Positions 6,437 to 16,419 of a DNA stretch of 58,283 nucleotides are shown one piece after another (within the stretch, counting starts at the first letter, position 1; each line of letters begins with the position of its first letter). Origin of the DNA: a virus (lineage: Duplodnaviria; Caudoviricetes); the IMG/VR virus record IMGVR_UViG_3300020477_000026, positions 1 to 58,283 of that record. One strand, 5' to 3'. Position numbers and translations under genes: made by a program. The notes below the pieces were generated by a model, which saw only the letters and a program-made list of their open reading frames with translations, had not been told where the DNA came from and searched no databases.

Positions 6437-6950
6437 GGTAGACAAAGAGAAGATTCTCGATGTCATCCAGAATCAGACCCAAGATTGGCAGGTAGTATGG
6501 GGCCACAAAGACTCCCTACTACCTGTTCTTGGTTTTCAACAAGAAAGGCCAGAGCCATATGAAGATCACAGAGTGGTTACGCAGTATCTTAGATCGGTGG
6601 ATATTATGGGAAGAACAGACCGCAAAGCGCTACAAAAAGAACAGATATCCGTTCTAAAGCAGCTAGGGATTAGAGAGAAGTCATACTTCTCACTGTTCTT
6701 CACTGAGCCTTGTGGGATTGCACCACACACAGATAATATGCAATGCTCGATTAACATTCCTATCAAAGGTGTAGATGATCCAATGTTCTTCGAGGACATT
6801 GATGAATGTACGTCCCCTACACTACCTTTTCTTATGAACGCACAGCAAAAACATTACGCAGAGCAGAGTAAGCAACGACGATACTATTTCCGTATTCATT
6901 TCGAAAAAAGTTATGAGGAGATCCAATGTCAGCTACCGACTTTTACCTGA
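6390..6950 (+). CDS. 2OG-Fe(II) oxygenase-like (DSBH) protein
   Basis: PHTD...CSINIP...H...R motif. Confidence 0.55.
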   Translation: MLTKWNKLYFQHLRIEVDKEKILDVIQNQTQDWQVVWGHKDSLLPVLGFQQERPEPYEDHRVVTQYLRSVDIMGRTDRKALQKEQISVLKQLGIREKSYFSLFFTEPCGIAPHTDNMQCSINIPIKGVDDPMFFEDIDECTSPTLPFLMNAQQKHYAEQSKQRRYYFRIHFEKSYEEIQCQLPTFT

Positions 6951-7522
6951 AGATACCCTCTCAGGTATTCCCCCAATCCCTTAGAAATGAAATTTGGATG
7001 AGAATCCAAGACAACGATTGGGTACCTCGAAAAAGAGTCCTCGAGGACGATAACTATCAAGGTAACATAAGTTGGTGTAAAACGACAATCCATCCATCGA
7101 TGGAAGCTAGATATAAAGAGATATTCTCTAGTAATCTATCTGATCAGCTCAATGAGATCATTAGACCTCAACAGGTACTATTGTCATTGCAGAAGATAGA
7201 TAAGAACAAAGCGTTTGGTGTTCACTTTGATCAGGACATATGTTCGATCCAAATGGTACTAGGAGGTGACAAGTTCACTCCTGTTAAGTTTTGGAATGCC
7301 GATCCTAGAGCCGATAGGTTGTTTCTGGAGTGGGGTAACTTCCCATACCCAGATGCTACATTGAACTACTCTAATGATATATTTTACCTAAATACCACTA
7401 AGTGGCACGACAATAATGGACTCAAGGGTGATAGGTATCTGCTCAGATTCATTCTTAATTTGAATCAACAGAGCCATCTTAACTATGAGTACTTCAAAGA
7501 GAAGTTGAATGGAATACTATGA
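6926..7522 (+). CDS. 2OG-Fe(II) oxygenase-like (DSBH) protein
   Basis: VHFD...LNTTKWH...DRYLL motif. Confidence 0.55.
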   Translation: MSATDFYLKIPSQVFPQSLRNEIWMRIQDNDWVPRKRVLEDDNYQGNISWCKTTIHPSMEARYKEIFSSNLSDQLNEIIRPQQVLLSLQKIDKNKAFGVHFDQDICSIQMVLGGDKFTPVKFWNADPRADRLFLEWGNFPYPDATLNYSNDIFYLNTTKWHDNNGLKGDRYLLRFILNLNQQSHLNYEYFKEKLNGIL

Positions 7523-8429
7523 ACTGGCGCCTGAGGATAATCACTTCCACAGTATAGTAGCAGATATAACGCACAAGTGCAATATGAATTGTGCAAATTG
7601 CTACATCCCTAATAGAGACGTACCAGATATAGATCTTCACAGGCTTTTAGATTCTATCTCTAAGCTGCCTACGCGTACGTGGATAAGATTGATAGGTGCA
7701 GAACCTACTATGCATCCTAATCTACCGTATATAATACGTGCAATCATTGGACTAGGGCACCGTTGTTCATTAACAACCAACGGTCTCAAACTAGCGTCTA
7801 ACAAATATCTCGACCAGTTAGTCGATGCTGGAGCATACTATTTTCTTATCAGTATGAACGGAGCAGACGACGATATCATTTACAAGGAGCTAGACAGTGG
7901 CTCATATGCTGGGTTAAAGGTAAGGGCGCTAGAGAACGTGTTAAAACGCAAATTAACCGTGAATACAGGCACTATTATAGCAAAAGGTGTCAACGAGATT
8001 ACATTAAAGAGACAACCTGAGTTAGTCGTTGAGGTGGCTAAACGTGTAGGGATAAGGTTCGATCAAAACCCATGGAAACGTATCACACCTGTCCTACGTA
8101 TTAAGAGTGTAGGTGATATAGGTAGAAACATGGGTGGCAGTGCTACGTATCAAATGGAAGACATGATTGATATGTGCCGCAAACAATTTGGAGTAAAAGA
8201 ATTCACAAGAGTCGAAAGCGGGTTGAACTTGCTGAAGCATGGTGATGGACCTTCTTATACATTTGACATACATACAGATGTAGGTTTAATTCATGTCAGG
8301 CTTGTTGACTGGGCTGTAGATGAAGATGGAGTAGTTGATGCAGGAAACAAAAACAGAGGACGATTCACACAAGATTTTAAAATTGCCCCTTTCTTCGAAC
8401 ACGTTAAGAAAAACGAGTTTGGATACTAA
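7509..8429 (+). CDS. Radical SAM protein
   Basis: CNMNCANC cluster motif, GAEPT, TTNG. Confidence 0.85.
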   Translation: MEYYELAPEDNHFHSIVADITHKCNMNCANCYIPNRDVPDIDLHRLLDSISKLPTRTWIRLIGAEPTMHPNLPYIIRAIIGLGHRCSLTTNGLKLASNKYLDQLVDAGAYYFLISMNGADDDIIYKELDSGSYAGLKVRALENVLKRKLTVNTGTIIAKGVNEITLKRQPELVVEVAKRVGIRFDQNPWKRITPVLRIKSVGDIGRNMGGSATYQMEDMIDMCRKQFGVKEFTRVESGLNLLKHGDGPSYTFDIHTDVGLIHVRLVDWAVDEDGVVDAGNKNRGRFTQDFKIAPFFEHVKKNEFGY

Positions 8430-9129
8430 ATTAATTCGACAGAAGTTCAATAAGGACGGGTTTGTTGTATTGCCTCCATGTGGTGCATGGATAAAAGATA
8501 TATCCAATATCTTTGATGGTAATGTGAAAGCTGATAAACATTATCTCAAGGTACGTACGGAGCATGGATATAACGAACACAAAGATATACAAATTGTTTC
8601 AGAGTCGGAACTATTTGGAGAGACTGACGTCCCGTGGCATGCAGATTGGTCTTATGGTCCTGGTCCTTATGATGGCACCATCTTGCAGTGCAATTTCGAT
8701 CAAGCAAACACTCCGACACACTTCGTGGACATGCACACCGTCTACAACGAAGCCTGCAGCGTCTTTGGGAGGGCTCAAGTCGATGGGCTACGTCTCATGT
8801 CGGGTCAGTATTCCCCTCCCGATGATCTAGCATATTGTTTTGACCCGCACTCATTCCGTTATCTAAAACGACATCCAAAAGAGAGAAAAATAGTATTTGA
8901 TCATCCGTTATCAAACCTACCTGTAATGTATTTCAGTCCTGGAACAATAACTAAATATTCTAAAGGGTTCGACATAGACAAATACACTGAGCTGCTAGAC
9001 AAAAACAGCTTTACACACTACTGGGAGCCTGGACAAACAGTTATATGGGATAATTTAAGATATCACCATCGTCGTAGTGAGTTTAATGGTAAACGTGAAC
9101 TGTTGAGGATACAATTCAAATATGCGTGA
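8335..9129 (+). CDS. TauD/TfdA-family dioxygenase (real start possibly TTG 8419)
   Basis: WHADWS, THFVDM, W.PG...IWDN...HHRR...R.L.R. Confidence 0.8.
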   Translation: MMQETKTEDDSHKILKLPLSSNTLRKTSLDTKLIRQKFNKDGFVVLPPCGAWIKDISNIFDGNVKADKHYLKVRTEHGYNEHKDIQIVSESELFGETDVPWHADWSYGPGPYDGTILQCNFDQANTPTHFVDMHTVYNEACSVFGRAQVDGLRLMSGQYSPPDDLAYCFDPHSFRYLKRHPKERKIVFDHPLSNLPVMYFSPGTITKYSKGFDIDKYTELLDKNSFTHYWEPGQTVIWDNLRYHHRRSEFNGKRELLRIQFKYA

Positions 9130-10261
9130 AATAGTAATGGTGTTGAGGGATCTGAAGGGTGTTGAGGATCCTTTAGAAGTGAAGTGGGAAGTAGAAGACA
9201 ATCCTCTAGGTCTCGAGTGGTTCTATGCTCTCAAGCAAAACTTTATAGGTCCGGATGCAATGTGTCCGTTACACCCACTAGAAAAGTCACACTGCCTTAA
9301 TGGTTGGATTGATACAGTGGGTGGTACAAACAATCCTGGTCTAAGAGATATCCCTACAATGTGTGATGAGTTAAACTGGGCTATACGTACAGTAAACAAC
9401 TTCTATAAAGACAAAGGGTATCCACATATAGATTTACACTTTACACCAGAAGCTCTGCAGAGTGATCAATACAGAGACTTAATGAACCAGCTACACCATC
9501 ACTTTGAACTATTGATAGGTCAGGTGTGGGATGTTAGTGACTGGTTCAAGATGGCAAACAGAGAGACAATATATGCTATTCGTGTGCTAAACAATAACTG
9601 CCATCAGATAGAGAATATAATTAACTCAGTCGACTTACAAAAGATTAGTTCTGACAGGAAGACACTACATCAATCGATCATGTTGTCATTCAATGGTATC
9701 AACTGGTTGCATCCAGATAAAGAGAAGAAGCAATACATGAGATATAATGTCACAGACGATGCATATGATTATTGGTCACCTAACTATGAATGGGGGCACC
9801 TGTATGCATATTACTGTCAGCTTGGTAAGAGGCATGTAGAAGCGTTCTACGACGAAGACCCCCACATTGATCACAAGAACATAAGTGGTATAAGATACTT
9901 CACTGGTGAAGCTACAATGAACCTATGTACTATGTTTGCTCCTGGATCTGGTATGCCTAAAGAACAGAGACCTGAGTTTATAAAGTGGCTGGTTGATAAT
10001 GGATTTGATCCTGAGGATAAGAAGAACGCATATGGTCATGGTGTTGTAGCCAGGATTGACCTGCCAATGGATTATAAACAGTACCACGATGAGATAATTA
10101 AACGTAATGATGTATACAAACTTGGATGGAGAGAAAATGGTGTTGAGTCTATCAGAGAGTTTGACTACACGTGGAAAGAGCAAGTGCTCGGAGAAATACA
10201 GATATCAAAGGACATAGATAATGACGAGTTGGAAGCTAAAAGAGCTAGACAGAGAAACTAA
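9122..10261 (+). CDS. Hypothetical protein (379 aa)
   Basis: Long ORF with His motifs LNQLHHHFE-like and LNNNCHQIE. Confidence 0.7.
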   Translation: MREIVMVLRDLKGVEDPLEVKWEVEDNPLGLEWFYALKQNFIGPDAMCPLHPLEKSHCLNGWIDTVGGTNNPGLRDIPTMCDELNWAIRTVNNFYKDKGYPHIDLHFTPEALQSDQYRDLMNQLHHHFELLIGQVWDVSDWFKMANRETIYAIRVLNNNCHQIENIINSVDLQKISSDRKTLHQSIMLSFNGINWLHPDKEKKQYMRYNVTDDAYDYWSPNYEWGHLYAYYCQLGKRHVEAFYDEDPHIDHKNISGIRYFTGEATMNLCTMFAPGSGMPKEQRPEFIKWLVDNGFDPEDKKNAYGHGVVARIDLPMDYKQYHDEIIKRNDVYKLGWRENGVESIREFDYTWKEQVLGEIQISKDIDNDELEAKRARQRN

Positions 10262-10865
10262 CAGAGACTTTGTCGATCTAATAAGATGGGGAATGACATT
10301 CTCTGAAGATCGTAATAAGGATTGGTTTCAACATCTAGTAAATGAACAACACTTATATCATAAATGGACATTGTGTTATGATGAGGATAAGCTCGTAGCA
10401 TTTAGTGCAGTGCAGACACATAAGTTCCCACAAGGATATGCACGACTACTAACTCGTACGTACTACATTCCAGATATCAGGCAAAGTATTGTATCTGCTC
10501 CACACAACCTAAGACCATCAGGTGTGATGGCTGAATATCAATATAAGATGATGAAGGGCTATAAGAGATTTGTCTCTATGGAGCATGTACCTAATAAAGC
10601 AGGAACACGCAGAGCAGCATTACAAAAGGTAATGAATAAGACCATTGGGTTTAAGGTCCTCGAAAGGATGTATCAAACATTCATCGGGGAGGAGGATGAT
10701 TGGCGGCAATGGCAATCAATAGCAACAGAAGTACCAGAAGAGGAATTTGATCTGCCATCGATATCACGAGATGAGTACCTTTCTAGGTTCGTAGTCCCAC
10801 GTCATACCATCGACGAGTTCGAGCCTTCTACAAACGTCGTCCGTGAACTGACCATCAACCCTTAG
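10221..10865 (+). CDS. Possible GNAT-like protein
   Basis: DKLVAFSAV...ARLLTRTYYIPDIR resembles GNAT beta-strand/motif A. Confidence 0.45.
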   Translation: MTSWKLKELDRETNRDFVDLIRWGMTFSEDRNKDWFQHLVNEQHLYHKWTLCYDEDKLVAFSAVQTHKFPQGYARLLTRTYYIPDIRQSIVSAPHNLRPSGVMAEYQYKMMKGYKRFVSMEHVPNKAGTRRAALQKVMNKTIGFKVLERMYQTFIGEEDDWRQWQSIATEVPEEEFDLPSISRDEYLSRFVVPRHTIDEFEPSTNVVRELTINP

Positions 10866-11636
10866 TGTATATCTAAATCCTGGCTCAGGATCTACTCCAT
10901 GAAAGTCTCTGTTATTAAAGAAATATGACTTGGCATCCGGATCAAGATATATCTTCTCCTTGTTTATAGGATCCCATATGAATGACTTGCGTCCAGCCTT
11001 GAAGAACAGGTTCATGTTATGGTCTCTGTGAGGTTCTACGTGTGCATCTCTATGCACAGGAACCCTCTGACCTGGGAATGTGGTAAAGAACAACACTCTT
11101 CCGATTGTCTTGAATGGTAGTGTCTCAATATAATCAATGATCTTTGGAAAGTACTTTTGTGCTTCGGGCGTCCACTCTGGACTTGTCTTATCCTTCTTGA
11201 AGAATGCATTGTGCTTTAGATACAATCCAAAGAACCATGGTATCATACATGGGAATGCAAAATAGAAGTATGTGTACAGAGCTTGCCGTGGCTCGTCTGC
11301 ATTGGCCATTATGAAGTCTATATCTTTCTTGTGCTCACCATCCCAATCGTAGTAGTCAAGGTCTCTGTATATCTCTGTCCAGCCTTTCAGACCAAGTTCT
11401 TTTTCTTCTTCTGGAATCATCGACCCCATAGTCATACCTTGCTTCATTGAACCACACATGGCAAGGCCTCTTAGACATTCGTGGTGCAACTTATCGTCCC
11501 ACTTTGTCTCTCTAAACCTGTCCATGTTAATTATTGGTCTACGTTTTGCTCCTACACCACAAACAGGAAGCTCTTCATAATCAAAGTGCATCATCCTATT
11601 TGAGCCTTCACCTATTATCTGTGGCTCCATTACCAT
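10764..11636 (-). CDS. Asp/Asn beta-hydroxylase-like 2OG-Fe(II) oxygenase
   Basis: GRV...PVHRD...FNNRDFHGV...RYTLRVDG. Confidence 0.65.
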   Translation of the reverse strand: MVMEPQIIGEGSNRMMHFDYEELPVCGVGAKRRPIINMDRFRETKWDDKLHHECLRGLAMCGSMKQGMTMGSMIPEEEKELGLKGWTEIYRDLDYYDWDGEHKKDIDFIMANADEPRQALYTYFYFAFPCMIPWFFGLYLKHNAFFKKDKTSPEWTPEAQKYFPKIIDYIETLPFKTIGRVLFFTTFPGQRVPVHRDAHVEPHRDHNMNLFFKAGRKSFIWDPINKEKIYLDPDAKSYFFNNRDFHGVDPEPGFRYTLRVDGQFTDDVCRRLELVDGMTWDYEPRKVLIS

Positions 11637-11917
11637 CCCATCATCATCCTCGTTTCCTCCGGCACCATCTCAATAGAAAATGGTGGATCAAATACTGTGT
11701 CGACCACAACAAATGTAATCCCTGGTACCATTCCAGCCTGTTTAATGTTCTGCACTATCTCGTCTGCAAATGGACAGAACGCACTTGTTAGTGTATGTGT
11801 TATAGTGACCTTAGTCTCTTCAATGTCAATTGCGTATATCAAACCGAGATCAAAAACATTAACACTGATCTCTGGATCATACACCTCTCTCAAGTTTTCT
11901 ATTATCTCATCACGCAC
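11630..11917 (-). CDS. DUF59/SufT(PaaD)-like Fe-S assembly protein
   Basis: LREVYDPEI...DLGLIY...TLTSAFCP...FDPPF. Confidence 0.85.
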   Translation of the reverse strand: MRDEIIENLREVYDPEISVNVFDLGLIYAIDIEETKVTITHTLTSAFCPFADEIVQNIKQAGMVPGITFVVVDTVFDPPFSIEMVPEETRMMMGW

Positions 11918-12182
11918 CGAACTCAGGCCCCCACTTGTGAACCCAGTTCTCAGCTAGATCTTCTGCCCATCGAATATTCTTATCTGTGCACGGTCTCTTT
12001 TCAATTATGTAATTATCTTCGTACATATAAACCCAAAACGTGTTTACGTGTCTCCAGATTACAGCCTTACGTTTATTCTCTGGCATCTCATACGTAGACC
12101 ATATGTGGTGGTTTTGGGACTCTTCTTCATCCTGCGTCATGTAACATATACTCCTTAATCTGATAGAATGGTGTCTTTGCAA
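11910..12182 (-). CDS. Small hypothetical protein (true start probably downstream)
   Basis: ORF track; operon packing. Confidence 0.5.
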   Translation of the reverse strand: MQRHHSIRLRSICYMTQDEEESQNHHIWSTYEMPENKRKAVIWRHVNTFWVYMYEDNYIIEKRPCTDKNIRWAEDLAENWVHKWGPEFGA

Positions 12183-12870
12183 ATGCTAGACTAAACAATA
12201 TTCTATCCTCTCCAAACGAATGAGCTCTATGGGTCTTCAATGAGTTGAGCAATGTAGGTACAGGATAGCCTTCATGATGTACTGTGTAGCTATACTTAGC
12301 ATATATTTTAGACTCACACAGTTCTACAAACTTAGGATCAAACATACCCTCATATATCTTATCATCACCTTGGCATAGCTTATAGTCAACGTCTGTGTAT
12401 TCCATATAGTCATCCTCATGACCTTTGACGACAACATTTACGACACACGTCTTACGTTTGTCAGTATGCCACCAGTCTGAAGGATTGTGTCCAAACTTGC
12501 TCTTGAAATTTCTGTATGTGAATTGTAGGTCCGTTCTATCTTGCAAAATGTGTTCTGGTATACCCAACCGACGTCCAATGTCTTGTCCAATATACTCAGT
12601 CCACTCCCACCAGTTTAAATCAACTGCAATCCACGGTTTGAATGAGTTCTTCTGAAAATTGTATCTTGTATCTCTCTCGTGATCTTCTGGACCTCTGATA
12701 ATATACACACCTAGCTTATCAACAGTCTTTGGATTCTTGCCATGTGGTATCCATGTTGAGTGTTCTTTGACTAACATATCATGGCACTTTTTTAGCTTAC
12801 GTAAATCAATATCACCTATGCATGCATGTACCATTTGATCATCAGCTAGCAATATCTTCTTCATTTCCAA
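12127..12870 (-). CDS. 2OG-Fe(II) oxygenase-like protein
   Basis: WHTD...LLNSLKTH...DRILFS. Confidence 0.55.
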   Translation of the reverse strand: MEMKKILLADDQMVHACIGDIDLRKLKKCHDMLVKEHSTWIPHGKNPKTVDKLGVYIIRGPEDHERDTRYNFQKNSFKPWIAVDLNWWEWTEYIGQDIGRRLGIPEHILQDRTDLQFTYRNFKSKFGHNPSDWWHTDKRKTCVVNVVVKGHEDDYMEYTDVDYKLCQGDDKIYEGMFDPKFVELCESKIYAKYSYTVHHEGYPVPTLLNSLKTHRAHSFGEDRILFSLAFAKTPFYQIKEYMLHDAG

Positions 12871-13097
12871 GGCAGTTGCTCCTCCAAAGCTACATCAGCC
12901 ATTTCAATCCATTCCCTATCGTCATCACTAACGATCCTCCACATCTTCTTTATCCAAGCCATCTGGTCTTCAATTGTGGATCTCATTTCTGGCTTGAGAT
13001 GATCGTTTCTGATAAAATGATTCTCCAACGAATTCATCTTATCAGTCATCACTTCTTTAAGTGTTACCTCCATCTTCTTCTCCATATGTACAGACAT
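12861..13097 (-). CDS. Hypothetical protein
   Basis: ORF track; operon packing. Confidence 0.55.
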   Translation of the reverse strand: MSVHMEKKMEVTLKEVMTDKMNSLENHFIRNDHLKPEMRSTIEDQMAWIKKMWRIVSDDDREWIEMADVALEEQLPWK

Positions 13098-13701
13098 AAT
13101 AACTATCTATGATATCAGAGATAGGATTACTTCCAGTATACTGCATAATATCTTGTAGGTAAACATTAGTTTCAGCCTCGAATGCTCTACGCATTAGATC
13201 TTTATTGGCGTTACCTTTGCCTGTTGCATGTTTTTTGATTTGTGTAGGTGCTACAGGGAAAACAGGAATATCCATCCTGCTAAGTCTGTACTTCAGAATC
13301 CCTGTATTCTCACCTATATGGAAGACACGACCAGTAGCCGCGTAAGCATAATCTTCTATGTAAACTTCATATACTTCATAGCTTCTAATGATATCAATAG
13401 CCCAACTACTGATATATTTGTACCGTTCGATACTATCCAGGGCGGGCAACTCGTGACCAAAGAATAGAAATGGTGCATTCCAATACTCATCTATTAGTTT
13501 CTTCCTGTTGGTTAGATAATGAATGTCATAGGTCTGAAATGAGTCCACATATGGATCATTCACAGAAACACATATAGCAGGACTTGTGGTGCTATAATCA
13601 ATACCGACGACGTTATTGGCCTTCTTCGTCGTCCCAATCGAAATCATCATCTCCTCTATATCCATCATCTTCATCCCAATCCAAAAACAACTGCTCACCA
13701 C
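13057..13701 (-). CDS. RuvC-like Holliday junction resolvase/nuclease
   Basis: VGIDYSTTSPA, IEDY, PTQIKKHATGKGNANK, DIIDS. Confidence 0.75.
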   Translation of the reverse strand: MVSSCFWIGMKMMDIEEMMISIGTTKKANNVVGIDYSTTSPAICVSVNDPYVDSFQTYDIHYLTNRKKLIDEYWNAPFLFFGHELPALDSIERYKYISSWAIDIIRSYEVYEVYIEDYAYAATGRVFHIGENTGILKYRLSRMDIPVFPVAPTQIKKHATGKGNANKDLMRRAFEAETNVYLQDIMQYTGSNPISDIIDSYYVCTYGEEDGGNT

Positions 13702-13816
13702 AATAAGGACAATACTCTACGTTGTATTCTTCTTCATCATCTTCCTGTGGCAACAGTTCGATTGCAAACTCTGCATAACAGCTTTCACACGTATACTCTT
13801 CTACAGGGTCAGCCAT
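13613..13816 (-). CDS. Acidic zinc-ribbon protein
   Basis: CESC...CPYCG. Confidence 0.65.
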   Translation of the reverse strand: MADPVEEYTCESCYAEFAIELLPQEDDEEEYNVEYCPYCGEQLFLDWDEDDGYRGDDDFDWDDEEGQ

Positions 13817-13829
13817 TTGCTACTCCTAT

Positions 13830-15743
13830 TTATATTTCACAACCACCTGCAACACAGGCAAGTTCTTGAGCACCTTCAGTCATATCAGAGGATTCATAAT
13901 GAGATAGCAATTCCATCCAATCAACATCCTTAGGCATCTTAGCATCCGTGTCTTTGTATTCCTTTTGATCACAATCTTGATATGGAGCTTGTCTGTATGA
14001 ATGATCTGAGAACGGAAGGAAGCTAACACCACTCATATAATCCCAATTGTTATATACCCATGCTCCTACTTCCATCCACTCTTTCTCCTTCACAGAGATC
14101 GTTACTGACGGCTTATGCTCACACCAGTGCACTTGGTATGTCTTCCACACCTCAAGCTGTTCTATGGCGCTCATATCGGTTCTAAACACGCTATCTGGGT
14201 TAGCTTTCATTGGAAACGAGAAAACATACGTATGCTGAGGTTTGGTTATATCATCCTCTACCGGGAAACCGGCATCGACCATTGCCTTAGCCAACGGATC
14301 TTTTTTGTCAGCTCTAACCGTTCGAATATAATAAGGATTATGCCGAGCATGAATGCCACTTGCAGCATCAACCAACTGAGAAACAGTCCCACTAGGCTTA
14401 ACGCAAGTAACAGCAGCAGACTGATTAACTCCAAGCATTTCTGCATGCTGTTTATTAGCGTCGACCGCAACATCCCTGAGCCTTTGTAACCTATCTGCCA
14501 AACCATCATCTTTTCCGTTCGTTAATGTTGAATCCATAATACCTGTCAAAGAGACCCCAAGCAGTCTCTCTTCTTCACAGTTATCTTTCCATCTCTTGGA
14601 TATGTATTTGAAGTTTGTTAGTGTACTTTGCCACGTGCCGAGGATAGCTGCAAGACGAACTTTACGGTGTAAGTCATTCTCACTGTCATTGGGTCGTACA
14701 ACCACTTCTGTAAGGTTGCAGAACTCTGCATTCCGTAGGATGATTTCCGAGCACGGATTTGTTCCAAAGTCGTAACTGGCATCACGGCGTCCAAATCTTT
14801 CAACTTGCTTTTGGGCAGATTGTCTGTTGAAAATTCCACGTTCACCTGACTTGGAGTCATATAGTGCTTTCCATTCAGCCAGGAATACTCCCACTTCGGG
14901 CTTTTCTGTATAACATGCTGAGTTGTTCGATAATGCTCTTTGTGCTTCATTTTCCCACCATTGTCCACTCTTGGCTGCTCTCATTCTATCATCAGAAAGA
15001 TTAGAAAGAGAAATCAACGCGCTTCTACGTACACCTCCGACGACTACAATCTCAGCAATCTTACAAACGAGATCATGACATTCCAACGACGAAAGTTTTC
15101 TACCTGCCGCACCACGAAACTTATCCACACAAAAGTGAAACAGATCCACTAATGGATCTGGTCCTGAACTACGGCCACCAAATGTCTTTAACACACTACC
15201 TGCAGGTCGAACTTTCGACACATCCCACTTTGGTATCATTCCTGCATATAAATTAGCTATCAACTCCTTTAGAGATTTTGCCCACCCAGTACGAGAGTCA
15301 GCAACAACGATAACAGTATCACTTGAATGAAATTCATCAGCAATAACAGGTAGATTTTGAACGTATTGTCTTTCAACACTAAAACCTACTCCTGTACCAT
15401 TCATTAGAATATATAGGATTTCATCGAAAGCAGTAATACGATCAATAGCAACATACGAACAGTTATAGCCAGCAATATTGTCTCTCTTCAAAGCTGGACC
15501 TGCTGTCATAAGGGAACGCATAGAAGGCATAACTTCTAAGTTTAATGTAGCCTCTTCCAACTCTTGTCTCTGACCATTTATATCAAAGTTGTAGTTCTCT
15601 GACAAATGCTCTTCGAAGAAGTCATAATACCTACCAACGGTTTCTGACCAGGTCTCTCTTCTTCCCTCCTCAGGCAGCCATCTTGAATATCTGCTAAGAT
15701 GAATGTACTCTTGGTACTGCGTTGGTAGATGATTACTGTTCAT
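13830..15743 (-). CDS. nrdJ: Class II (adenosylcobalamin) ribonucleotide reductase, monomeric type
   Basis: YNC, GTGVG, VVGGVRRSA, GTNPCSEI, CNL, KPSGT, C-terminal C..GGCEI; no beta subunit nearby. Confidence 0.9.
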   Translation of the reverse strand: MNSNHLPTQYQEYIHLSRYSRWLPEEGRRETWSETVGRYYDFFEEHLSENYNFDINGQRQELEEATLNLEVMPSMRSLMTAGPALKRDNIAGYNCSYVAIDRITAFDEILYILMNGTGVGFSVERQYVQNLPVIADEFHSSDTVIVVADSRTGWAKSLKELIANLYAGMIPKWDVSKVRPAGSVLKTFGGRSSGPDPLVDLFHFCVDKFRGAAGRKLSSLECHDLVCKIAEIVVVGGVRRSALISLSNLSDDRMRAAKSGQWWENEAQRALSNNSACYTEKPEVGVFLAEWKALYDSKSGERGIFNRQSAQKQVERFGRRDASYDFGTNPCSEIILRNAEFCNLTEVVVRPNDSENDLHRKVRLAAILGTWQSTLTNFKYISKRWKDNCEEERLLGVSLTGIMDSTLTNGKDDGLADRLQRLRDVAVDANKQHAEMLGVNQSAAVTCVKPSGTVSQLVDAASGIHARHNPYYIRTVRADKKDPLAKAMVDAGFPVEDDITKPQHTYVFSFPMKANPDSVFRTDMSAIEQLEVWKTYQVHWCEHKPSVTISVKEKEWMEVGAWVYNNWDYMSGVSFLPFSDHSYRQAPYQDCDQKEYKDTDAKMPKDVDWMELLSHYESSDMTEGAQELACVAGGCEI

Positions 15744-16419
15744 TGTTGTTCCCTTCTAAAATCTCTTCCATCAATGGAAATATCTTTGCTATTTCTATTG
15801 CGCACTTTTGTGCTATTTCCCTGTGTTCTTTTTGCGTGCTAGGATCAGTCCTAAGCTCGATATAATGTACCCATGACCTAAGTGTTCCATTCATATACAT
15901 TCTACTCATGGTCAGCCCCTCAGGCAACACTGCTCGGGCTTGTTCTTTTGCAATTGAGTTTCTAATTGCCCACTTATATGCGTCCTCTGCAACTCTAATC
16001 ACTTTTGCTTGAACTGCATAAAATTGATTGATCACTTCATTGTCATCAGCCAATTCAATTGAGTTTTGACGATTCTTTACATCTTGCAATCGTGCTTCTC
16101 TCGTTACAAACTCAAGATCCTTTGTAGGATCAGCATACCTTTGACTAAATTCTTGAAAGCTAAATGATCTGTGTCTCAATATCTGTCTGGCAATATCTCT
16201 TGTTGTTTCTATTTCCAGACATGCATTTACCATTTCCAGAGGTGACCAATGTTTATGTTTGATCAAATACTTTATTAGCTTGGTTGCTGTCTCACTGTTG
16301 TTCTGGTTTGATGGATTAGAAACTCTAGCACAATATGCTACTAACCCTTCCAAATCATCTAGTCCGTGTAAAAATCCTCCGTTCTGTGAATAACTAATTA
16401 GATTTACGTTTGATTTCAT
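15733..16419 (-). CDS. thyX: Flavin-dependent thymidylate synthase
   Basis: HWSPLE and RHRSFSFQEFSQRY signature. Confidence 0.95.
   Translation of the reverse strand: MKSNVNLISYSQNGGFLHGLDDLEGLVAYCARVSNPSNQNNSETATKLIKYLIKHKHWSPLEMVNACLEIETTRDIARQILRHRSFSFQEFSQRYADPTKDLEFVTREARLQDVKNRQNSIELADDNEVINQFYAVQAKVIRVAEDAYKWAIRNSIAKEQARAVLPEGLTMSRMYMNGTLRSWVHYIELRTDPSTQKEHREIAQKCAIEIAKIFPLMEEILEGNNNEQ

Noticed and set aside
7509-8429. Radical SAM as viperin or QueE
   Set aside because: Only generic radical SAM motifs are visible; it is far from the que cluster and no family-specific residues were recognised.
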